Source of the DNA: a virus
Lineage: Duplodnaviria > Caudoviricetes
Virus record (IMG/VR): IMGVR_UViG_3300027205_000002
Span: 1-51,846 of that record
Length of the DNA stretch: 51,846 nt
Strand: one strand, 5' to 3'
Part shown: positions 43,691 through 51,846 of the stretch, one piece after another
Layout of the letters: each line of letters begins with the position of its first letter
How positions within the stretch are numbered: the first letter of the stretch is position 1
Notes under the pieces: generated by a model
What the model was told of the DNA's origin: nothing
Seen by the model: only the letters and a program-made list of their open reading frames with translations
The model's database searches: none
Made by a program: the position numbers and the translations under genes

Positions 43691-44008
43691 ATGACAATAT
43701 TCAAAATTTGGGTAGATTCTGAAGAGGGCGTAAATAGCCAATCTTTACTATCTACATCAGGGCGTGTTTTAATTGGCTTATCTGAAAACCCTGCAGTTGG
43801 TCATCTTGCTTTGTCGTTAATGCTTGGGGTCACAGAAACCGCCATAGAAAAAGCAGTAGCAAAACTAGTCAAAGCAGGTATGCTTAAAGTTGAGAAAAAT
43901 GGCCGTCGTAATAAATACACAATCCTTTGGGATGTTGTTTATTGCGATAGAGACTTTAAGATTATGAAAGAGTTTTATGACAATCAAGAACGACTCAGTG
44001 ACACATGA
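43691..44008 (+). CDS. winged-HTH (MarR-like) protein
   Basis: LSLMLGVTETAIEKAV.KL..AG...EKNGRRNKY. Confidence 0.8.
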   Translation: MTIFKIWVDSEEGVNSQSLLSTSGRVLIGLSENPAVGHLALSLMLGVTETAIEKAVAKLVKAGMLKVEKNGRRNKYTILWDVVYCDRDFKIMKEFYDNQERLSDT

Positions 44009-44243
44009 CATTTTGGTATATGCAAAAATGGTAAATAAGCCTTTTAAGCCAAGTGATCCAATGGTGATTTTTGCAAAAATGGATAGGGTTTCCAAGATCG
44101 AACGTTCGATCAAGACACTGATAGAAAATGGATATCTAAAAGACTGCGGCGATGGCCAATATATGATTACGCTATCTGGAATAGACTGTATATATGTGAT
44201 GGCAAGACGTCATGGGATTAAAGAAACTCGTAGGGATGTTTAA
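43977..44243 (+). CDS. winged-HTH-like protein
   Basis: IERSIKTLIENGYL...YMIT..G. Confidence 0.7.
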   Translation: MTIKNDSVTHDILVYAKMVNKPFKPSDPMVIFAKMDRVSKIERSIKTLIENGYLKDCGDGQYMITLSGIDCIYVMARRHGIKETRRDV

Positions 44244-44563
44244 AGGTTCTTAGAAACCAGCCATGCGTGAAATGCCTCATCGTTCATTGGCACAAACCAC
44301 AATTGACATGCTTCGGGGTCATTTCTGTCTCCAGCAATAGACCAGCACAATTCTAAAACTTCCTCAATGGGACACACTCCAACATTGCACTCAAATCCGT
44401 ATCGTGTCAAAAAGAACTGAACAAGACAACCTGATCGACTATGCCAACATGCTCCAGAATTTCCATTTGGGCAAGTCGTTTCGATGATTTCGACTTCTGT
44501 TTTATTAAGGCGCAACCTAATTTTGTGGCCATCCGTATGCCAGACTAATTCATTGTCTTCCAT
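44240..44563 (-). CDS. Cys-rich hypothetical protein
   Basis: GAGGA RBS; 107 aa. Confidence 0.75.
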   Translation of the reverse strand: MEDNELVWHTDGHKIRLRLNKTEVEIIETTCPNGNSGACWHSRSGCLVQFFLTRYGFECNVGVCPIEEVLELCWSIAGDRNDPEACQLWFVPMNDEAFHAWLVSKNL

Positions 44564-44632
44564 CTAGTGCCGCATCCTCAGTGAGATTTATATTTTTCAC
44601 CTACGTCTTGAGGCGAAGTTAACATGAGCCTA

Positions 44633-44866
44633 CTATTCGCTATCGGCTCTGTCAACTTTGTTGAATACGGAGTTTATTTCCGCTACAGATAGTTTACCGT
44701 CATCTAGGTACGCCCGGGACAACCCTTCGACAACTTGTGCCACTCCTGCGACCCCAGCCATAAAGACTGCCTTCCATAACGGGATATTAGCGATAGCGCC
44801 AGCCCCAATAACACCAAGCCCTGAGGCTGCAAATGTTGCCAAAATACGAAATGCAAGAGTTTTCAT
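44633..44866 (-). CDS. holin-like membrane protein
   Basis: Two TM helices; in lysis cassette. Confidence 0.65.
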   Translation of the reverse strand: MKTLAFRILATFAASGLGVIGAGAIANIPLWKAVFMAGVAGVAQVVEGLSRAYLDDGKLSVAEINSVFNKVDRADSE

Positions 44867-44890
44867 AATTTTATCCCCTAATAATTGTTT

Positions 44891-45070
44891 TTATTCTTCA
44901 AATTCACCTTTTGCGTGGTCGTTGATATGACCATCAATTTTAATCTCAATGCGATTTAATGACTGCACGACGAGGTTGTGGTCATCCTTGTTCTCTTTGC
45001 GACCCTTCTGAATAATCACCGTCAAAATAGCAAACACTCCACCAATGACTGCAACAATGACGGCCTCCAT
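44891..45070 (-). CDS. single-TM lysis-cassette protein (59 aa, not in track)
   Basis: MEAVIVAVIGGVFAILTVII...RIEIKIDGHINDH; TAATG coupling. Confidence 0.75.
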   Translation of the reverse strand: MEAVIVAVIGGVFAILTVIIQKGRKENKDDHNLVVQSLNRIEIKIDGHINDHAKGEFEE

Positions 45071-45339
45071 TAGATTTCCGAATCCGTGTCGTTATTGCCT
45101 TTGCGTGAATTAGAAATCATCAATCCAGCAAGGGTTCCGGTGATGAATGTGGCAACGCTTGAAAGTACGCTAAAAAACATTTTGTCATTCTCTGCCTGAA
45201 CGCCGATGGGCTGGGTAACAAACACAAGCGCATACAAGATTGCCCCTGTCGTAATAAGAAGCACTCCACCAAGGACGCAACCAATAACAAATTTTAGGCG
45301 AGCGTCTAACTCATCTGCCGTATAGCGTTTTTTACTCAT
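45070..45339 (-). CDS. two-TM membrane protein
   Basis: Hydrophobic helices; ATGA coupling. Confidence 0.75.
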   Translation of the reverse strand: MSKKRYTADELDARLKFVIGCVLGGVLLITTGAILYALVFVTQPIGVQAENDKMFFSVLSSVATFITGTLAGLMISNSRKGNNDTDSEI

Positions 45340-45527
45340 GGTTGACTTCCTTTTCCGATAAGCGTGAACCAACACGAGCCATTTACTTCGCAAATAGGTG
45401 GATTGCATTCTTCGTTCTCCCAGTTTGCGGGGTCTTGGCATGAATATCTGTAGGTTCCATCTCCGCAAGAAGCAAGAGAGGGGGCAAACAGCAAAGATAA
45501 CCCGATTATTAGTTTATTAATTTTCAT
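45336..45527 (-). CDS. small Cys-rich lipoprotein
   Basis: Lipobox LASC; YRY.CQDPANW...C.PP.C...C. Confidence 0.75.
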   Translation of the reverse strand: MKINKLIIGLSLLFAPSLASCGDGTYRYSCQDPANWENEECNPPICEVNGSCWFTLIGKGSQP

Positions 45528-45546
45528 GGCTCCCTTTCTGGGAATA

Positions 45547-46362
45547 TCAGCCAAACATTTTCTTCCATGTAATGGGACCAACGGAACCGTCGGTGGTCAA
45601 GCCATTTGCCTTTTGCCATGCCTTCAACGCTTCAACAGACTTGGCACCAAAGTCACCGTCAGTTTTTGCTCCAATGATTGCCTGAACGAGAGAAGCGTGT
45701 ACTCCCTTGGAGCCGAGACCCACCGGAGTGCCAGGGTAGTCAAACTTCATCGGGCCAGCCTCTACGGAGCCTCCAGAGGGCTTCAGGGTGTCACTGGAGG
45801 CAACTGGGGCGGAAGCATTGGGGGCAGAATCGCCGAGACAGTACTGCCAGTGCCACGCTTCAAATTCTTTAGAAGATGAATCTGAACCCTGTAGATAAAA
45901 ACCATACTTCGGCGCATTAGCGCACATCCACTCAAAGCACTTTCCACCCATTGAGGTGAGTTTGCCGTTGGCGTCATAACCAAGGTCGATTGCGAGTCCC
46001 CAGCCATGATTGGAGCCTTTGAGACCAGTTGGGTCTGGGGTGGCAGAAGGGGCCTTGCCCTTCTTGAGGTACCAGGTCTTGCCTTCGAAGTTTCGGGTTA
46101 CGCCAGTACCGGTGTTTTCAAGCACATAGCGGTCACGGAACATTGCTAGTTGACTTTCAAAAGAGCGATAGTCACCAACATTCTTGAGTTTAAATCCAGC
46201 AGCGAGGGCAGCATCATACATTTTATTAAACTGCTGCGCCACTGGAGTATGCATTCTCCCACCGGTCTTAACTGATGCTAATAAAGAATCAGGTAATTGA
46301 CCATTTTTGTGCGCTTTGAGCGCCGCTGGTACTACGAGTTTAATGAAAGGATACTGACTCAT
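45547..46362 (-). CDS. endolysin: peptidase M15 (VanY-like) plus peptidoglycan-binding domain
   Basis: YRS..Q, SNHGWGLAID, EAWH; DGDFG...WQKANGL..DG.VG..TW. Confidence 0.9.
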   Translation of the reverse strand: MSQYPFIKLVVPAALKAHKNGQLPDSLLASVKTGGRMHTPVAQQFNKMYDAALAAGFKLKNVGDYRSFESQLAMFRDRYVLENTGTGVTRNFEGKTWYLKKGKAPSATPDPTGLKGSNHGWGLAIDLGYDANGKLTSMGGKCFEWMCANAPKYGFYLQGSDSSSKEFEAWHWQYCLGDSAPNASAPVASSDTLKPSGGSVEAGPMKFDYPGTPVGLGSKGVHASLVQAIIGAKTDGDFGAKSVEALKAWQKANGLTTDGSVGPITWKKMFG

Positions 46363-46415
46363 GAAAATCTCCTAAGATACTAAAGTTATAGAAGTATATT
46401 GTACAGGATTTGCAC

Positions 46416-46595
46416 CTATTCGTCAGATGGTTTAATGACTGCGATAAGCAGATGTAGTAATAAAGCGAATACAAATATCTGAATTCCTTGAGATTTTGTT
46501 GGTCCGCTGAGTGTGATAAGAACCAGAATTGTTCCTGCCACTGTCCAGTTTAAGCCATCAAGAATATCTAGTAATTTTTTAAAGTATTTTTTCAT
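46416..46595 (-). CDS. two-TM membrane protein (59 aa, not in track)
   Basis: TAATG coupling; WTVAGTILVLITLSG. Confidence 0.7.
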   Translation of the reverse strand: MKKYFKKLLDILDGLNWTVAGTILVLITLSGPTKSQGIQIFVFALLLHLLIAVIKPSDE

Positions 46596-49500
46596 TATTT
46601 CCTCTTTCCAGTATTTTTGTTTTTATTATCAGTTGCGACGACAGAGCCACCAACCGAGGGGGCGGGTGCTGGTGGTGCGGGCTGTGGCAGCATTGTCATC
46701 GTTAAACCAGCAGCAGCGATAATGACACGACGGGTACTGACGGGGACGCTTGACCCAATGGGGACGTAGGTATCTACGTTGCCTGCAGAAAAAATGTCAA
46801 TTTCACTCTCAAAAGCAGCCTTGACTTCGGTTGGAGCATCCTGCACCGCCTCAACAAGTGCTGCCGCTTCTTCGTCGGTAATGTCGGAAATTGGAACTTC
46901 AGCAAAAATTTCCGAAGCCTGGTCGCCCGTAACGGATTCAAGAACTTCTCCACTAGTAGCGATACTTACAGCCTGAGATTCCGTAATGCCGTTGTCAATA
47001 ATTGAGGTAACGGCTGATTGAACCTGCTCCTCGGTAACGCTGTCGCCGCCCAAGACATCAACCAACTCATCGAACGCAGCGTCCGAGATTGGTTCATCCA
47101 AAATGGCGTCAATGACAGAACTAAATACATCGTCGCTTAATGGCTCTTCAAAAACAGTATTGAGAACTTCAGCGAATGCTTCATCACTAATATCCGACGT
47201 GAAAACTTGGTCTACGACAGCGGCTATTTCTTGGTCGGACAAATCTTGACTAAAAACTTGGTCAACGAGTTCAGTTAACGCATCGTCTGATAAATCTTGA
47301 CTAAATACTTCAGCAACGACAGAAGCAAATTCTTCAGAACTTAAATCCGATGCCAACAATGCACCAGCAACGCTTACCAATTCTTCTTCAGAGTCAGTAT
47401 TGCTCAAAGCATCACTAACAGCATTCCCTAGTTCTTCGGGAGACAAGTCTCCTGAAAGAATGTCTCCAACAACCTCTTCGGCTGTCGGTGTTTCTTCTAC
47501 CGGTAATTCCGGTGTTGTAGTTGTCGTTTCTTCTTCTGGGGCTGATTCAGGTACGGTTGTTTCGGGTGACGTTGTGTCGGGCGGACTTCCGGTTCCTCCA
47601 TCAGGACCTCCATCGGTAGTATCTGGTGTTGTTACTATTGTATCTTCTGGCTCCGTATCTGGAGGCAAAGTTTCTGGTGCTTCAGTCGTCGTTGTAGGCA
47701 CTTCTGAAGTTGTTGTTGTGGGGACCTCTGTTGTTGTGGTTGTTGGTACTTCTGTCGTTGTCGTGGTCGTGGTCGTAGGTTCTGGTTCCGTGGTCGTAGT
47801 GGTTGTAGGCGGAATAGTTGTAGTTGTAGTTGTAGTTGTGGTAGGTGGGGTTGGGTCAAGAACAGTCGCATCAACGGTTATTTCGGGTCCATAGACACAC
47901 GGCCCTACTCCTTCGTTGGAGAAACAACTTTGATTTCCTGCTTTAATACCAAAGCGAACCGGTCCGTATCCAGTCGTGACAGGATTGCTGCCAGAGAACA
48001 TCCCAGTGCTTAACGAATAGTTGGTTCCTTGATTAGTCGACACACCCCAACCGCCTGAGGTGGTTCCACCAATTTCGTCAAGGTCGTAGAAACTAACCGA
48101 GTAACCGTGGATGGTGGTATTGCTTGCTGCTGATGCATCCCAATCAAGGTCAACACTTCCATCTGCGTTCGCAACAGCCGTCAGGTTTGTCACTGCATTA
48201 AGGTACGGAGGGGGTGTGACGGACAAACTCTCCCATGATTGACCATCCGCAGAAGTCATAACTCTGTTGTTTGTTCCAGAGTTTGCTACAGCAACATATT
48301 TACCAGCCCCATAAGCAACACCTTGCCACGAGTTACTTGAAACTCCAGAGCCCAGCGTCCAGTTCGCACCATCGGTTGAATAAGCGGAGCGGGAATTTAA
48401 TCCGCCTTCCGCTACCGCAATAAATTTATCTCCGCCGTAGGTGATGTATTTCCACTGGTTAGATGGAACAAGTCCAGCAGACCAGTTCAATCCATTTGTG
48501 GAGTAACCGCCATATCTATTTCCCGAGTTTGTACTGTACTCAAGCCACGAGAAACGACCATTACCAAACGCAACTGTTCGGATATCCACAATTGCACCGG
48601 GGTTTTGAGTAGACCAGCCAGTGGTTCCATTAGCGGAAGACCATGCTCTACCAAACTGAGACACAGATACAAACCGTGGAATTGTTGCACTACAGGCAAC
48701 AGCGTCATGCGACCATCCATAAGATGGAGTGCGTAATATCCATTCAGCACCATCCGTGGAAGACATTACATAACTACTTCCCCAAGTTGCGGTAGCAACA
48801 AAAAGACCGCCACAGTTCGTGATTGCTTGCCACTCGCCAACTGGCACAGTTCTTGATGTCCAAGTAATTCCATCAGGCGAGGTCATTACAGCATTTGAAC
48901 CAACCGCAATAAACTGATTGTCTGCATAGGTGATTCCTTGCCAGTTATCATTAGAGGCAGACGTTCTTGAGGTCCAATAATTACCATTTATTGAAGTCAT
49001 GACACGGTTGCCGTCTCCAGACGAAGCAACGGCAACAAATTTTCCATTGCCGTAAGTCACTGCTTCCCACTGCTGGTCTGCTGGATACCCTGTCAATGTT
49101 GACTCATCAGCACCTAAATTACATATTGAAGAAGACTGCAATAGGGTACAGGTGTCATCTCCGCCCTCGCCGTAAAACAACGACTCTTCACTGAGTGTTG
49201 AAACTGTGTCGTCACCATATCCACCATAAAACACCGAATACCACATTTGAGTGACGGTGTCGTTTCCTGCACCACCCCAAAAATAGTCCTTCGTCCCACC
49301 GTTGGAGTCAAGATTAGGTGATTGATTGTTTTGACTGTTACCACAATAGACATCTGGGCGATGCCCGTTGTCTTCCCCGAAGTTGCCAGAACCAGAAGCA
49401 ATATACGCACCCCATGTGCCAGCGTTATATGCAGTAATGAACGTTGCTTCGGTATTGAGTCCAGTGGCGGAAAGAATTGACTGCTTGGTCACTAAAGCAT

Positions 49501-50206
49501 CGGCAATATTATTGACGCATAAATCCAAAATACTGAGTTCATAGTTTGTGTGATAAGGCGTGTTTTCTGTATCTACGCACAATGTGGACGAATAGAGACC
49601 CTGGCAAGTATCCCACGCTGTATTTATGGAAAGAGTCCAGTCATCTGGAGCGTTATCCGTTACGTTATTGAAGTCGTGGTTAATTAATTGCTCGTAGGTT
49701 GTTCCGTCACTTTTTGTTCCAATGAGGCTCACGTAGTCCACTATTGGCCCGTAGTTCCCGCCCCACCCTTCGCTATCTTGCCCATATACAGAGACCGCAA
49801 TATGTTTAATATCCGACCACGCAATACCGGACGGAAGACCTACATTTGCAGGGTTAATTGTGTATGTGAATACTTGATAATCGGCTAATAAAGTGATGTT
49901 GCCTGATTCAGGATATCTAACCGTACTTAATGTTGACCATGCGTCATCATAGAAAGCAATTTCGGAGTATAAATTGTCTGGTCCGTAAGCCCCATATCTC
50001 GCCTTGACAGAAAATGTCAATGACGAGTAATTGGAAATGTTTTCGGTATCGATTTGTTGACGAATATGGTTGGATGTATAGGAAAATCTAACAACACCAT
50101 TTGAATAATCATCAGCATAAACATGGGCCTGGCTAGGAGCGAACCACGCCACAAGAGCGATAACCCAAAATATCCATTGCCCTTTACGGACGCCCCTTTT
50201 TCGCAT
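46595..50206 (-). CDS. large secreted/membrane-anchored multidomain protein
   Basis: Signal peptide, GGxGxD repeats, YGNGKFVAV/SxDGxxW propeller repeats, FN3-like domain, PT linker, acidic helical repeats, C-terminal hydrophobic segment. Confidence 0.85.
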   Translation of the reverse strand: MRKRGVRKGQWIFWVIALVAWFAPSQAHVYADDYSNGVVRFSYTSNHIRQQIDTENISNYSSLTFSVKARYGAYGPDNLYSEIAFYDDAWSTLSTVRYPESGNITLLADYQVFTYTINPANVGLPSGIAWSDIKHIAVSVYGQDSEGWGGNYGPIVDYVSLIGTKSDGTTYEQLINHDFNNVTDNAPDDWTLSINTAWDTCQGLYSSTLCVDTENTPYHTNYELSILDLCVNNIADALVTKQSILSATGLNTEATFITAYNAGTWGAYIASGSGNFGEDNGHRPDVYCGNSQNNQSPNLDSNGGTKDYFWGGAGNDTVTQMWYSVFYGGYGDDTVSTLSEESLFYGEGGDDTCTLLQSSSICNLGADESTLTGYPADQQWEAVTYGNGKFVAVASSGDGNRVMTSINGNYWTSRTSASNDNWQGITYADNQFIAVGSNAVMTSPDGITWTSRTVPVGEWQAITNCGGLFVATATWGSSYVMSSTDGAEWILRTPSYGWSHDAVACSATIPRFVSVSQFGRAWSSANGTTGWSTQNPGAIVDIRTVAFGNGRFSWLEYSTNSGNRYGGYSTNGLNWSAGLVPSNQWKYITYGGDKFIAVAEGGLNSRSAYSTDGANWTLGSGVSSNSWQGVAYGAGKYVAVANSGTNNRVMTSADGQSWESLSVTPPPYLNAVTNLTAVANADGSVDLDWDASAASNTTIHGYSVSFYDLDEIGGTTSGGWGVSTNQGTNYSLSTGMFSGSNPVTTGYGPVRFGIKAGNQSCFSNEGVGPCVYGPEITVDATVLDPTPPTTTTTTTTTIPPTTTTTTEPEPTTTTTTTTEVPTTTTTEVPTTTTSEVPTTTTEAPETLPPDTEPEDTIVTTPDTTDGGPDGGTGSPPDTTSPETTVPESAPEEETTTTTPELPVEETPTAEEVVGDILSGDLSPEELGNAVSDALSNTDSEEELVSVAGALLASDLSSEEFASVVAEVFSQDLSDDALTELVDQVFSQDLSDQEIAAVVDQVFTSDISDEAFAEVLNTVFEEPLSDDVFSSVIDAILDEPISDAAFDELVDVLGGDSVTEEQVQSAVTSIIDNGITESQAVSIATSGEVLESVTGDQASEIFAEVPISDITDEEAAALVEAVQDAPTEVKAAFESEIDIFSAGNVDTYVPIGSSVPVSTRRVIIAAAGLTMTMLPQPAPPAPAPSVGGSVVATDNKNKNTGKRK

Positions 50207-50284
50207 TTCTCACCACTTTGCAGGATAGTGTAATACTTTCTATTGTACTACTGCATAGATTTTTTTGGTGACAGTTTTACTTTA

Positions 50285-51846
50285 CTAATCATAGACCGTG
50301 CCGCTGAGAGTTTGAATGCCAGACAGGATGAAATTTTTCATTCTATATGTTTGCAAGGTTGTGCCATCATAGGAGCCGCAACCAACCGCGCATCCGGCAG
50401 TTCTACTTCCTAGAGTCGTTCTGACTTGAAAATATTTGCCTGAAATATTACTTCCGCCCCAATTACTTAGAGTTCCTGTGGTCGCAGTACCAAACGTGCC
50501 GTTGAGGTAAGGCCAGGAACCGCTGAATCCCGCCGTGCTTGAGGTTCCATAAATATCAGCAGTGAAATCAGGGTGAAAAGAATCACTGACCCAGGCTAAG
50601 TGAGTTTTATTAGCAACAGTGTATTGCATGAACGCACAACCGTTGACACTTCCTGATGTTTGCTGAACTCCATCAACAGACAATTGATTTACAGCAATAT
50701 ATCCACCCGTATTGTCTGAGGACGGAACAGTGCCAAAGGTGTAACTAAATTCAGAAGTACAGTTTGCGGTAGTTGAAAAATATATTGCGGAAGTTTGGAT
50801 GTATCCAGAATTCCAGGGTTGATTTTTCTCTGGTCTTTTCCACGATATTTGGTTGGAAGCGGTGGATTGTGAGCCATGTTTATTGTAGTTGTATGCAACA
50901 TAATATTCTCTACCACCATCAGAGGCATACCCAGCAATATCTTGGCTACCAGTTGCTTTTGTAACAAATGTCGCCCCAGTATCAGAGCCAGATGTCGTGC
51001 GCCTCGCAATTTTGACGGTCGTTGTTGATCCAGCATTGCCGCTGATTGTAAATTGAGCCGTTCCAGATGAAGCACCTGTCATGGAACGCCATGCAATCGT
51101 GGGAGTTGGGGGGAGGGCCGCATTGGTTATTGCTGTTCCACTCACTTTTGCTGAAGCATATCCCTGGGTATCAACTGCCCGTACATAAACCGTATATGAG
51201 GTATCTGCAGTACGGCCACCTACGGAGTTCCCAGATAATGTCGTATAAGTATCACCATTATTGAAGTTATATTGATAGTAACTAATCGGCCACGATCCGG
51301 CAGTAAAGCCACTAGGAGTAACATCTAATGTAGCGGTGTTCGTGCCGTTGTATGTTGGTGCTGCGACAGTTACAGAACCCGCTGTCGGATTACGTTTTGC
51401 GGTTAAAGTAACCGAAGTTGACGTCACGTCACTTAATGTTCCTTGAGTGTCTTTTGTTCGTGTATCAATATAATAGGTACTACCAGGAGTTAAAATAGCA
51501 TCCACATATGATGATGTACCAATAGCCTTGGTTCCGACAAAATCTTGATAAGTATCGTATCCAGTGACGTACGTAATTGTTCCACTATTATTTGATCTCA
51601 CTCTGTATTGCGAACTTAACACTGGATATGATCTGGCGGTTCCCGGAGTGTGCGAGAATGTAAAAGAGAATTCGCCCTGATTATCGGTTGCAACTACTGC
51701 CGCAGTTAGGCTGGTTGGCGCATTGGGAGCGACAATGCCGTTAGTGGTCACTTCTTGATATGCAGGAGAGGAATACGTAATTGTTCCCGATGTATCCGCA
51801 ACCGTCTTTAAACGAACTCTATATGTCGTCGCAGGGCTGAGTGCTC
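50285..51846 (-). CDS. FN3-repeat tail/adhesin-like protein, 5'-truncated by window edge
   Basis: Frame stays open to the edge (ALSPATTYRVRL); LTPGSTYY, YTVYVRAVD FN3 motifs. Confidence 0.8.
   Translation of the reverse strand, partial: ALSPATTYRVRLKTVADTSGTITYSSPAYQEVTTNGIVAPNAPTSLTAAVVATDNQGEFSFTFSHTPGTARSYPVLSSQYRVRSNNSGTITYVTGYDTYQDFVGTKAIGTSSYVDAILTPGSTYYIDTRTKDTQGTLSDVTSTSVTLTAKRNPTAGSVTVAAPTYNGTNTATLDVTPSGFTAGSWPISYYQYNFNNGDTYTTLSGNSVGGRTADTSYTVYVRAVDTQGYASAKVSGTAITNAALPPTPTIAWRSMTGASSGTAQFTISGNAGSTTTVKIARRTTSGSDTGATFVTKATGSQDIAGYASDGGREYYVAYNYNKHGSQSTASNQISWKRPEKNQPWNSGYIQTSAIYFSTTANCTSEFSYTFGTVPSSDNTGGYIAVNQLSVDGVQQTSGSVNGCAFMQYTVANKTHLAWVSDSFHPDFTADIYGTSSTAGFSGSWPYLNGTFGTATTGTLSNWGGSNISGKYFQVRTTLGSRTAGCAVGCGSYDGTTLQTYRMKNFILSGIQTLSGTVYD

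Noticed and set aside
47400-47894. Val-rich 164-aa plus-strand ORF and similar shadow ORFs
   Set aside because: Antisense reflection of Thr-rich coding sequence.

Overview
A 51.8-kb segment of a large tailed phage that most likely infects Actinobacteria (WhiB, DUF732-like lipoproteins, CGAAC-N4-GTTCG SOS boxes, pervasive leaderless genes). No capsid, terminase or integrase gene is in the window. It has three parts. (1) About 1-35.1 kb is an early/host-takeover-like region of roughly 100 small, mostly hypothetical ORFs. Many have their own near-consensus sigmaA promoter (TTGACA/TTGCNN-N17-TANNNT) 6-7 nt before the ATG, i.e. leaderless. It also holds tRNA-Arg(UCU), a candidate ~118-nt structured RNA and a MoxR-AAA+/vWA pair. 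(2) About 35.1-36.6 kb is a non-coding hub with a G-rich arm, a C-rich arm, 6 DnaA boxes, 5 LexA boxes and a CRP-type box. (3) About 36.6-51.8 kb holds replication/regulatory genes, WhiB, a proteasome-beta/HslV-like protease, a metallophosphoesterase, a lysis cassette and two large FN3/beta-propeller proteins. The most striking signal is non-coding: CRP-type palindromes phased 10 or 20 bp from divergent promoters, promoter-independent LexA and DnaA box clusters, a 9-copy strictly polar 24-bp motif, an over-represented AGYCCCG heptamer and face-to-face promoters without genes. Together these suggest a phage system that senses or titrates host master regulators. All motif counts were made by eye and family names come from motif recognition, not database searches.
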